From positions 1 to 24,465 of the forward strand of contig JBBQPO010000060.1 in the NCBI GenBank assembly GCA_038217285.1: DNA of 24,465 nucleotides, read 5' to 3'. A model generated the notes under the pieces. The model made no database searches. It saw only the letters and a program-made list of their open reading frames with translations, and was not told the origin of the DNA. Origin of the DNA: Chthonomonadales bacterium (GTDB lineage: Bacteria; Armatimonadota; Chthonomonadetes; Chthonomonadales; Chthonomonadaceae). Shown one piece after another: positions 1 through 7,970 of this stretch (positions are counted from its first letter, which is position 1; each line of letters begins with the position of its first letter). The position numbers and the translations under genes were made by a program.

Positions 1-1914
1 TGCCAGAGAGAGCCGTTTCGCGGCAAGCTGCATGCTGTCGTAACGTCCGAAACTCTTCACTTTGCCGGAGGAAAGCGCAGGCAGACGGTTCTCCATGCCC
101 GAACCCAGCGACGCAATCGCGCTGTCGCGCTCAGTATGCAGCCGCTCGTATTCGCTCGTGTAGCGCATCTCGTCTTCTTCGCTCAGGCTGCCGCTCTTCC
201 GCAAGGAGGCCAGCCGCGTATTCAGGACGCCCATCTGCTTCGTATCCAGCGCCGCCGTCTTCAGCGCAATTTCTGCGGGACGGGACGGGGAGAACGGCAT
301 GACCTCACTGCGCTCCCGCTCGCCCTGGAGCCGCACCGCCGCCAAACCGTAGCCCGTGATGTCATCCGCCCGAAACTTCTCCCGCTGCGCCTCACGACGA
401 CGCGCCCCTGTTTCCGCATAAGCGGCGCTGTCTTTGCCGCCGGGCAGGCTGCCAATGCTCGCCATCTCCTCGGAGAGCGCCGCAAACTGCGCCGCGCCGC
501 TTCCGCGCGCCTGGTAACCCCCGATTCGGCTCTTACGTTCCGCGCCGCGAATGTCCGCCGACGCGCGGGCCAGGGTCACAGCAGACAGGCCGGACGGCAT
601 CCGCAGGTCATCGTTCTGCATCCGCAAAAACGTAGAGGTCTCTTCCGCCCCGAATTTGAGCAGGTTATCAACGAGGTTGCCGCCCGTCTCGGGCTGTTCG
701 CCCAGAACGCTCGCCATCCGCTTTGACGCCTCTTTGAAATTGTCTTTTCCGACCATCCTCGCCAGGTTGCGCGTGTAGGTCTCCATCAAAGTCTCGTCGC
801 TGCGGTAATGGGCAGGGGCGTCTTTGATGGCTCCGATGGCGATCTGGCTTAACATGCCAATAAGCCGAAAACCCTTGCCGTTTTTGCTTATGTCACGAGC
901 GCGAGCATAATTAGCATCCGAGCCTTCGCCCCCATAATTGGCATAGGGGCGATAAACCCCATTGACGCCGGAGCCAGGGGAGAACGGATTGCCGCCGCCA
1001 GCGAGAATGCCGCTGCCCAGCGTGGACATGCCCTCCGCAATCTCGGTGCCGCCCAGTCCGAACTGCGAACCCTCGGGCAGAAAGCTGTTGATGTAGCCGG
1101 TCAGGTTCTCAAGGCGACTGCCTGCTTTGGTCGGCGCCATCATGCCGCCGCCGCGAGCGGGCATGCGCTCATTGAACATGCCTATCATGCCATCGGCATG
1201 CGAACCGAACATCGCGCTGAAGAGGGGCCGTATGGCCGAACCGGAGTTCTGCGCCGCGACCGCGCCGCCTACGAACGTTCGGGCCACGGAATCGAACATC
1301 TGCGAGGCGATCACGGAGCCGTGCAGCGCGCCTGTCGGGCCGCCGCCTAAGAATCCCACCGCGCCGCCCACGATAGCGCCGCTGATGCGGCCGTACAGCG
1401 AGGCCCGGCCTTCCAGTTGGTTGCCGCCGTCGCGATACTGCTGCATCGCCAGGTCCGCGCCGCCTGTGATGCCTGTGACAGCGATCTGGGAAGCGATGCC
1501 CGTCATACCGCGATTGATACCGACCGCCGCGAATGGACTAACGCCCGGAAACGGCTGACCATTCCCGCCCTGCGGCGTGGCGCCGCCCAGAATCATAACC
1601 GAGGCCGAGGAGGGCTGGGGAGCCATCGCACCCAGCGGACTGGCGACGCCAAGCGCGCTCAGAGAAACGGTATTGCCCGTAAACCCGGCCGCGCCCGTAA
1701 TGCCGCCGGGAACCCCCATGCTCGAGGTGGCCGGAATGCTGGAGAGCGTCGCGCTCGAAAACGAGCTGCTGGCGCCGCCGTGGGCCGCGCTGCCGATATT
1801 CAGGCCCGCCGCATTGATCTTCTGCTGCAACGCCCAGATGCGTTCCAGTTCCTGCCGAACCGCCACCATATCCGGCAGAGAGCTGTTCGTTTTGATGTCG
1901 AGCTTGTACTGCAT
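1..1914 (-). CDS. Tail tape measure protein (5' part; runs off the left edge)
   Basis: Not in the ORF track (no stop in window). ATG at 1914 gives MQYKLDIKTNSSLPDMVAVRQELERIW. The frame was open in the segments I translated (start, ~760-1140, 1-60); Gly/Ala-rich; directly follows the frameshifting tail chaperone. Confidence 0.8.
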   Translation of the reverse strand, partial: MQYKLDIKTNSSLPDMVAVRQELERIWALQQKINAAGLNIGSAAHGGASSSFSSATLSSIPATSSMGVPGGITGAAGFTGNTVSLSALGVASPLGAMAPQPSSASVMILGGATPQGGNGQPFPGVSPFAAVGINRGMTGIASQIAVTGITGGADLAMQQYRDGGNQLEGRASLYGRISGAIVGGAVGFLGGGPTGALHGSVIASQMFDSVARTFVGGAVAAQNSGSAIRPLFSAMFGSHADGMIGMFNERMPARGGGMMAPTKAGSRLENLTGYINSFLPEGSQFGLGGTEIAEGMSTLGSGILAGGGNPFSPGSGVNGVYRPYANYGGEGSDANYARARDISKNGKGFRLIGMLSQIAIGAIKDAPAHYRSDETLMETYTRNLARMVGKDNFKEASKRMASVLGEQPETGGNLVDNLLKFGAEETSTFLRMQNDDLRMPSGLSAVTLARASADIRGAERKSRIGGYQARGSGAAQFAALSEEMASIGSLPGGKDSAAYAETGARRREAQREKFRADDITGYGLAAVRLQGERERSEVMPFSPSRPAEIALKTAALDTKQMGVLNTRLASLRKSGSLSEEDEMRYTSEYERLHTERDSAIASLGSGMENRLPALSSGKVKSFGRYDSMQLAAKRLSLA

Positions 1915-1950
1915 CGTCCGCCAGTCAATAAAGCAAACAGGTTCCGATCC

Positions 1951-2250
1951 TTAGTGAGCGGAACCTGCGGGAGGAGTGGGAACCAGCGTGTCGGGAAGCG
2001 GGGCCTCGTTGGCTTCAAAGCCTGCCATAGCCTGCTTCATCCCCGACACGCCCTTATTATTCGGCGCAGATTCGTTCAGCAGGCAATACAAAAACGCCAT
2101 CGCATCCGCATAGTGCAGCCCGTCTAGGCTGGGCGGCGCGATCTGGTGCGCTTTGAAGGTGTACCAGAGCGTGACTCCGGGATGGAGGTCTCCGAGCTTG
2201 CAGCTTCCGCTTCTAAGCGCTGCAGCCTGTCCCCCAACACTCCGAAAAAA
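1951..2250 (-). CDS. -1 frameshift extension of the tail assembly chaperone (gpGT-like, ~230-aa fusion starting at 2642)
   Basis: Slippery T TTT TTC at 2250-2244. The -1 frame has TGA immediately before the site and then reads FRSVGGQAAALRSGSCKLGDLHPGVTLWYTFKAHQIAPPSLDGLHYADAMAFLYCLL...GSAH* to 1951. Confidence 0.8.
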   Translation of the reverse strand, partial: FFRSVGGQAAALRSGSCKLGDLHPGVTLWYTFKAHQIAPPSLDGLHYADAMAFLYCLLNESAPNNKGVSGMKQAMAGFEANEAPLPDTLVPTPPAGSAH

Positions 2251-2642
2251 TCAGCGTCTCCCTGGGCCGAACCGTACAGGTGCATCGTAATTTCGGCATC
2301 GAGCAGCGCGAGCAGCACGGGATGGACCTGCAGCGCGCCTTCCAGCGAATGCTCGGCATCCAGGTTCCACTTCGCCGTCGCCGCAAACACACGCGCCGGA
2401 GCGCGGAGTGTTTCGTCCACCTCAAACCCGTCGCCTTTGGCAGTCAGAATTAGCCGCTGCGTGTCGCGCTCGATAGAGTAGCTCGCAGGCTTCAGCCAGA
2501 CCTGACGCCACGTATGCCCCTCGGGAAACAGCGCGTTCAGCGCCGCTTCGTCCAGGTACAGCCGCGCGGCGTCCGCTTTCGAGAGGAACCGGATCTCCCC
2601 GCTCTGCAGCGTGATTTCCACGAACTCGATAGATTTCAGCAA
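2124..2642 (-). CDS. Tail assembly chaperone (gpG-like), 172 aa
   Basis: Between major tail and tape measure genes; TTG start with AAGGAG SD; slippery heptamer near the 3' end. Confidence 0.75.
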   Translation of the reverse strand: MLKSIEFVEITLQSGEIRFLSKADAARLYLDEAALNALFPEGHTWRQVWLKPASYSIERDTQRLILTAKGDGFEVDETLRAPARVFAATAKWNLDAEHSLEGALQVHPVLLALLDAEITMHLYGSAQGDADFFGVLGDRLQRLEAEAASSETSIPESRSGTPSKRTRSRRPA

Positions 2643-2651
2643 GGTCTCTCC

Positions 2652-3524
2652 TTAGAACGCCGCGATGGTCGCAATCGAGCCGGAACCGGCCAGGTCGACC
2701 AGGCTGTAGGCGCGCTGCACCGCCGCGAAGTCGGGCACCTGCGCCTTGTGCGTCAGCTCGCGATAGATATTGAAGTCGAATCGTGTGCCGCTGCTCGTGC
2801 CGATTTTCACCGTGAAGCCGGTGGAGGGAACGATTGTGGACTTCGAGTATTGCGTCAGTTGTACCCCGCCCGAAGGCGGTCCCGAGGCGACCTGCTTCAT
2901 AAACAAGGTCTGATCGGTCTCGCCCAAATGCTTCTGTACCCGCACCAGGGAGAAGGAACAGGCCGCGACGGCGTCGGCGGTCGAGTTGAAATCAATCTCG
3001 TTGACGCCCGTCGTCTGCCCGTAGTCGCTCAAACCACTTGTGGAGATCGTGGTCGGGACCGGCGCGTCGCTGTCACCGTAGCGGGCCAGCCATGCCATCT
3101 CTACCATGATGCCCTGCATACTCGCAGGCCCCGTCGAAGCGTCCCACGCCACCGTAATTCCGGCGCAGCGGCAGCCATCGTAGACGCGGACATTGCCCTC
3201 GCCGTCGATCACCGCCATGGCGTACTCGTCGGAATCGCCCACGCTGTTGACGTTGCCGATCCAGGAGAGGATGTTGGCGGGCGTCATATACGAGGGCTTC
3301 CAGAGGCCGCGGAACACAATCGCCGGAGTGCGTTTCCCGAGCGTGACGTGGTTCATCGTCGAGGCGCCCGACATGAGCATGGGGTAGTTGTTGTTGAGCG
3401 GGTTCGAAGGGTCGATCAGCATCGGCGGGAACAGCGTACGCGTTCCTACCGACACCGCCCCGACGCCGTCCGTCTTCTGCAGAATCAACCGTCCGTAAAA
3501 ATCGTTAGCTGTCTCTTGAGGCAT
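2652..3524 (-). CDS. Putative major tail (tube) protein, 290 aa
   Basis: Size, Thr/Ser/Gly-rich composition and position immediately upstream of the chaperone and tape measure genes. Confidence 0.7.
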   Translation of the reverse strand: MPQETANDFYGRLILQKTDGVGAVSVGTRTLFPPMLIDPSNPLNNNYPMLMSGASTMNHVTLGKRTPAIVFRGLWKPSYMTPANILSWIGNVNSVGDSDEYAMAVIDGEGNVRVYDGCRCAGITVAWDASTGPASMQGIMVEMAWLARYGDSDAPVPTTISTSGLSDYGQTTGVNEIDFNSTADAVAACSFSLVRVQKHLGETDQTLFMKQVASGPPSGGVQLTQYSKSTIVPSTGFTVKIGTSSGTRFDFNIYRELTHKAQVPDFAAVQRAYSLVDLAGSGSIATIAAF

Positions 3525-3533
3525 CGGTTGACC

Positions 3534-3821
3534 TTACAGGGAGATCGAGGAGAGTCCCGCGATGGTGCGCTCGAGCTGGCCCGAGGCGAAGTGGATGGCG
3601 CTGCGCGCGGCGACGGCGTATTTGTCCTGGCCGAGTTCCTGCGACTGCTCGCTCAGGAAGTCGCGGCACGCGCTCAGTACCTTCGCCGCGGCGCCCGAAT
3701 CGCTCACGCGGGCATCGGCATGCGCCTGACCGTCGGCAAGCACGTCCGGCACAACGCTGGCCATAAGCCCGCCGGAAATCGGAGAAGGCCCCAGTGCCTC
3801 GGATGTAATCTTTTCAGCCAC
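3534..3821 (-). CDS. Hypothetical phage protein, 95 aa
   Basis: GTG start with AAGGAGG SD; fills the gap in the structural operon. Confidence 0.7.
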   Translation of the reverse strand: MAEKITSEALGPSPISGGLMASVVPDVLADGQAHADARVSDSGAAAKVLSACRDFLSEQSQELGQDKYAVAARSAIHFASGQLERTIAGLSSISL

Positions 3822-3832
3822 AGAGGGCCTCC

Positions 3833-4420
3833 TTATGTGTGCGCGATGTGCCGGGCATGGATGCAGGCCACATCGAATTTATCCCCGAAACCCTTGTTGG
3901 TCTCGGAAATGTAAATGTCTGTCAATAAACCGTTTTTGAGGTAATCGCCGCCGCCGGGGTTGGCGAACTCGTTACTCGAGAGCGCGATCAGGGCGCCCGA
4001 ACGCACATCGAAGATACCGGAGAGCCAGTCGATGAGCGTGGAGAGCAGCAGTTCGCGCTGCTCGGCGAACGCTAAATGCCCCGCGCTGGTCTGGCCGGGA
4101 GCCGGAAGGGTGTCGGGAGAAATGTAGACGAGGAGGTTGGTGCCGATGGCATGCTTGATGCCCCCCTTGTTGGCCTCGCGCGTCGCGATCTGCTCTGTGG
4201 TGCGCTCCACATTGTCACTGGGGCCGCCCGCCTTCACGCAGATCAGAACCGGCGCATCGGTCGCGGACGGCAAAACCTTGGGGTCTCCGATAACCACATT
4301 CGCGGTCGTGATGGTCGCGATACCGGTAACGCCATTGGCGGCGATGGCAGCATTGAGCGTCCCCACTTGGGCGCGCATCAGGTCGCGGAGAGCGGTCAGT
4401 CTGGCAACAGCGAGTCCCAT
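3833..4420 (-). CDS. Putative tail terminator / tail completion protein, 195 aa
   Basis: Positional call only; start overlaps the upstream stop (TGATG). Confidence 0.5.
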   Translation of the reverse strand: MGLAVARLTALRDLMRAQVGTLNAAIAANGVTGIATITTANVVIGDPKVLPSATDAPVLICVKAGGPSDNVERTTEQIATREANKGGIKHAIGTNLLVYISPDTLPAPGQTSAGHLAFAEQRELLLSTLIDWLSGIFDVRSGALIALSSNEFANPGGGDYLKNGLLTDIYISETNKGFGDKFDVACIHARHIAHT

Positions 4421-4767
4421 CAGACAGCCTCCCGGCGCACACCGACGTGCGCCTTCTTAATCAGTTTGCCTTCGACCGTCGTCGGGATCAGCGCCCCGAG
4501 CCTATACCAGAAGCCCTGGTAAGAGACCTCGTCATTGGGAGAGATCGCGGCGCCGCCCTTGAACTGGAAAACCGTCGCCGTCGCCTCGCTCGTATCGACG
4601 CCCGATTCCAGCGAGATCGCCGCCAAATCTCTCGCCCGAGCCGGCTGCGCCATCGCCCGAACCGTCCAGGTCTTCGCCACTCCCGGCGTCCTGGCCGTCA
4701 GGTCGGAACCGTAACTCTGCACGGCGGCCGCTATGCTTTTCTTCGCGTCCAGCGCCATGCCTGCCAT
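4420..4767 (-). CDS. Putative head closure / head-tail joining protein, 115 aa
   Basis: Size and position; segment ISPNDEVSYQGFWYRL resembles head-closure proteins; TAATG coupling to the upstream gene. Confidence 0.55.
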   Translation of the reverse strand: MAGMALDAKKSIAAAVQSYGSDLTARTPGVAKTWTVRAMAQPARARDLAAISLESGVDTSEATATVFQFKGGAAISPNDEVSYQGFWYRLGALIPTTVEGKLIKKAHVGVRREAV

Positions 4768-5510
4768 TAAATCTGCTCCGGCTTCAGGCGGTCGAAGCGG
4801 TTAATGCGCTTGCGGCGGTGCGTGGCCAGCGCCCGCAGCCACTTATCGTGGAAAACGGTCAGGGGACTGGTCAGCTTGAAGTTGATCGCGCCGACGGACG
4901 TATTCAAACTGAAATCCCCGATGGCGATCTCGCTTCCCACGCCGTTCAGCCCGACAAAGCCGGTGACTAAGGAGCGGTAACAGACCTCGCAGCGGATCGC
5001 CTCGCGAATGTCAGCGGTGACCACAGCGCCCCACGTCGTATTGACGTTGATGTTCTGCAGCCCCAGCGGGAAAATCCGCTCCGGATAGGGCAGGCTGCCC
5101 CGTCCGTCCGGGTCGCTGCTGAGGCCCTGCAGCGCCTGGATATCCAGCGCGCCGCCGTACCACTGGGTTCGGTACAAAATGTTGTGAGGGCGTCCGGGTT
5201 TTGCCTGGCGCAGCGCGACGGCCGCGAGGGGCGCGCCGTAGATGTTGACCGTGATCGTCGAGCCGGGCACGATGTCATCCACCATCAGCTCGGTATGGCC
5301 GTTCCCGTCAAAGGCGCGCGTCTCCGTGACAGGCGTGAACTCCCGTCCCGTGCCGCCCGTGTTTTTCGGGCCAGGCGGCGACTGGAACTCGGCAATCACG
5401 TCGTCGAGGAGGTCCTGCATCTCGTCAGAAATGGCCTGCGACAGGTCGTCGGGGGCGCTGAGCGCGAGCTTTGTCAGGCACTCATCGACACTGGGAAGAG
5501 AGACAGGCAT
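4767..5510 (-). CDS. Putative head-tail adaptor/connector protein (start moved to ATG 5510)
   Basis: GAGG SD before MPVSLPSVDECL; TETRAFDGNG...VDDI and TWG...DIREA segments resemble long adaptor proteins; lies downstream of the capsid gene. Confidence 0.6.
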   Translation of the reverse strand: MPVSLPSVDECLTKLALSAPDDLSQAISDEMQDLLDDVIAEFQSPPGPKNTGGTGREFTPVTETRAFDGNGHTELMVDDIVPGSTITVNIYGAPLAAVALRQAKPGRPHNILYRTQWYGGALDIQALQGLSSDPDGRGSLPYPERIFPLGLQNINVNTTWGAVVTADIREAIRCEVCYRSLVTGFVGLNGVGSEIAIGDFSLNTSVGAINFKLTSPLTVFHDKWLRALATHRRKRINRFDRLKPEQI

Positions 5511-5534
5511 GGAGACCTCAAAGAATCTGGGTGA

Positions 5535-5578
5535 ACACATCAGCCCGGCGGAGAGGTAACTCTACCGGGCTGATGTGT
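5535..5578. repeat. Intergenic inverted repeat / stem-loop (14-bp perfect arms)
   Basis: ACACATCAGCCCGG (5535-5548) and CCGGGCTGATGTGT (5565-5578); no U-tract. Confidence 0.75.
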
Positions 5579-5592
5579 CGCGCCTCTACCTT

Positions 5593-5970
5593 CTAAGCGG
5601 AAGCGGGGGGAGCGGGCGCATCGAGCGCGGAAGCGCCGTTGCCCCTGGGCGCAGGAGCGCTCTTCGAGGGCTTCGCGGGCGCGTCTTTGTCTGCCGGGGG
5701 AGCGGGTGGCTCAACGCCGGTGAGATCGACGATAGGATCGCCGGAGGGCGCGAGGGCAGGCTTGGCGACCGGGGTCACCAGGCGCAGGAAGCTGGCTTCG
5801 TCCAGAATCTCAAACGGCGCGCTGCGCTCGGAGAGAATACAGGCCACCTCGTCGGAAACGTCGGCGCAGGCGATGTAGCAGCCGCTCTCCTGGTCGAGAA
5901 CAGAAAGGAATTCGGTGCGCGTCTCCACATCGTAGAAACGGCTGTAGGAGCGTAGAATAGCTTTGGGCAA
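5593..5970 (-). CDS. Hypothetical protein downstream of the capsid gene, 125 aa, Pro/Ala-rich C-terminus
   Basis: TTG start with GAGGA SD; co-oriented in the structural operon. Confidence 0.7.
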   Translation of the reverse strand: MPKAILRSYSRFYDVETRTEFLSVLDQESGCYIACADVSDEVACILSERSAPFEILDEASFLRLVTPVAKPALAPSGDPIVDLTGVEPPAPPADKDAPAKPSKSAPAPRGNGASALDAPAPPASA

Positions 5971-5988
5971 AAGTGTTTCCTCAAAGCG

Positions 5989-6017
5989 GTCCGCCCGGGC
6001 AGCCTTGCCGGGCGGAC
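5989..6017. repeat. GC-rich stem-loop downstream of the major capsid gene
   Basis: GTCCGCCCGG (5989-5998) and CCGGGCGGAC (6008-6017). Confidence 0.65.
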
Positions 6018-6059
6018 GCGCTCAATGGGACATCCGGTACAAACCGGGTCAGGCGCTGT

Positions 6060-7043
6060 TTAGTACAGCAGGCCCGTCGGAACCTTGAGGAGAGCGTGCA
6101 TGAACTCCGGTCCGTGATCCACGCCCAGCTGACCGTAGATCTGGGTCTTGTCCGTGGATCCCGTCTTTGCCAGCGGCTCCTCGAACAGGTAGCCCTTGTT
6201 GGGGACTTCCAGGCCGACGATGCCCATGACGCCGTAGTTCAGGATCGCGAACTTATCGGCGGGCATGTCCGGATCGAGCGCCAGGTTCAGGATGCCGAAC
6301 CTGGTGTAGATCTGGCGCAGCTTCAGGCCCGCCACTTCGCGGTCGTAGGGAGGCGTGGTCTTGCCCTCGTAGGCCGCCTGGATGTTGTTGAACTGATCCG
6401 CGCCGGCCTGAATGACCCACGTGTCGTCCGGATTGTAGCCGGTCGTCGCCGTCAGGGTCTTGGTGGCCAGCTCGACATAAGCCTTATACTGCGCCACCGT
6501 GGGGGCGACATCCGCGCTCTTGTCGATGTAGTTGGTCGCGATGGCCGTGAGGATGCCGCGAGTCTTCAGCGCCGTGCTGGTCGGGTCCGCCGGGTTGGCG
6601 TACGCGCCGTTCAGGAAGCTGTAGTTCGCGTCCTGAGCCACGGTCTCCAGAGCGCGCATGACCTGCCACTCCTCGGAACGCGGGTTGATGACCTCGCCCT
6701 GCTGTTTGGCCTGGGGGATCGGCACGACGCCGGAGACCGTGTTGTCCGAAGCTGCCAGGTAGGTCATGTTGACGCCTTCCTGGAAGATCTGGATCACGTT
6801 GGTCGCCTGCGTCAGGGTGCGATACTGCGCGGCCGGCGCGTTCGCGCCTTCGAGGTTCGCGGGCTGCGAAGGGGCGCGCAGGTCGTAGAAGACCCCGATG
6901 GGGAATTCCTTCGCGCTGGTCTTCTGGATGGACATGTTCTGCATGCCCCCCAGAAGTTTGAGGGTGGTGTTGGGGCGCCGCGCGGTGAGAAACAGTTCTC
7001 CCAGATACGAAACGACGCCAGAATAAACGCTGCCAGTTGCCAC
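6060..7043 (-). CDS. Major capsid protein (resembles the SU10-like/DUF5309 family), 327 aa
   Basis: EGANAP...TNVIQIFQEGV, ALKTRGILTAI and FEEPLAKTGSTDKTQIYGQLG motifs; follows the scaffold gene. Confidence 0.85.
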   Translation of the reverse strand: MATGSVYSGVVSYLGELFLTARRPNTTLKLLGGMQNMSIQKTSAKEFPIGVFYDLRAPSQPANLEGANAPAAQYRTLTQATNVIQIFQEGVNMTYLAASDNTVSGVVPIPQAKQQGEVINPRSEEWQVMRALETVAQDANYSFLNGAYANPADPTSTALKTRGILTAIATNYIDKSADVAPTVAQYKAYVELATKTLTATTGYNPDDTWVIQAGADQFNNIQAAYEGKTTPPYDREVAGLKLRQIYTRFGILNLALDPDMPADKFAILNYGVMGIVGLEVPNKGYLFEEPLAKTGSTDKTQIYGQLGVDHGPEFMHALLKVPTGLLY

Positions 7044-7079
7044 GTTAGTTGGTTACCTTCTTGCCCGAAACTCGGGCAC

Positions 7080-7111
7080 AAAAAAGGCCCCCGGCGACAA
7101 AGCCGGAGACC
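7080..7111 (-). terminator. Intrinsic terminator between scaffold and capsid genes
   Basis: Minus-strand RNA GGUCUCCGGC-UUUGUC-GCCGGGGGCC-UUUUUU: 10-bp stem with two G-U pairs, then U6. Confidence 0.7.
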
Positions 7112-7168
7112 GTGATCAATGAGGGCCCTTCGCAGGGCCGATTATTTCGCGCGAAATACTGCCAGAGA

Positions 7169-7720
7169 CTATTCCGACCGGGGCGCGAACGCCTGCTGCC
7201 GTTTCAGCGCCATAGCCGTGAGGGTGTTGCCCGCCTTCTGAGCGGCTTCGATCCTCTCGTCCATGGTCGGCTGATGGTTCCCTCCGGGGGCGGTCTGCGT
7301 CCCGCCCTGCGCCGGTTGGCGGGCGATGGCGGCCAGTTTGGCGGCGTGCGCGGTTAGCGCCTCTTCCGTCTCCCCGGCCAGCAGTTCCAGAGCTTCGGCG
7401 GGCAGGTTAGCCGCTTTGGCCACCTTCTCCCGCAGGCGCTCGAGTTCCAGTCCCTTCGCCTTCTCCTCCGCAGCGACGCGCGCCGCTTTCTCCCGCTCAA
7501 GCTCCGAGAGTTCGGAATCTTTCACGGCCTTCTCTTTCGCCTCATACTCAGCAATGCGGGACTCGGAGGCTTTTCGTTTCGCTTCCTCGGCTTCAAAGAG
7601 GCGGCGGAACTTGTTTTCCTCGTTGCTCGCGGCGCCGGGTTCGGCGGGGGCGGAAGCAGCCGGAACAGCGGCGGCGGGGGCATCGGTAACGATGGCTACA
7701 ACGGTCTCAGTATCTGGCAT
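7169..7720 (-). CDS. Capsid scaffolding protein, 183 aa
   Basis: Low-complexity N-terminus, E/K/A-rich coiled coil (ELSELEREKA), position between portal and capsid, AGGAG SD. Confidence 0.8.
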   Translation of the reverse strand: MPDTETVVAIVTDAPAAAVPAASAPAEPGAASNEENKFRRLFEAEEAKRKASESRIAEYEAKEKAVKDSELSELEREKAARVAAEEKAKGLELERLREKVAKAANLPAEALELLAGETEEALTAHAAKLAAIARQPAQGGTQTAPGGNHQPTMDERIEAAQKAGNTLTAMALKRQQAFAPRSE

Positions 7721-7798
7721 GTCGCGTGTCTCTCCTGAATCAGGGTCTCCGGGGATGCTCCGCCCGGTCGGGTAGGTTGGGACCGAATAACGAGGTCG

Positions 7799-7969
7799 CT
7801 ATTCGAAGATTTTGGACAGGACGATTTGCACCCGTCCGAGGTCGCGCTGGCCTTCGCTGTCGAAGTCGGCGCGGAAACTATAAGACACCAGCTCGGTGAG
7901 CTGCACGTTGTCGAGCAGGAAGTAGGGCTTGACGCCGGGACAAATACTGAGAAATCCCTCGACGACCAT
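7799..7969 (-). CDS. Small hypothetical protein, 56 aa (MVVEGFLSICPGVKPYF...)
   Basis: ATG one base after the portal stop; the longer track ORF overlaps the portal and is unlikely. Confidence 0.45.
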   Translation of the reverse strand: MVVEGFLSICPGVKPYFLLDNVQLTELVSYSFRADFDSEGQRDLGRVQIVLSKIFE

Positions 7970-7970
7970 C

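Noticed and set aside
780-1000. Lower-GC patch in the tape measure gene as an inserted lytic domain or intron
   Set aside because: Frame stays open and I found no recognisable catalytic or splicing motif
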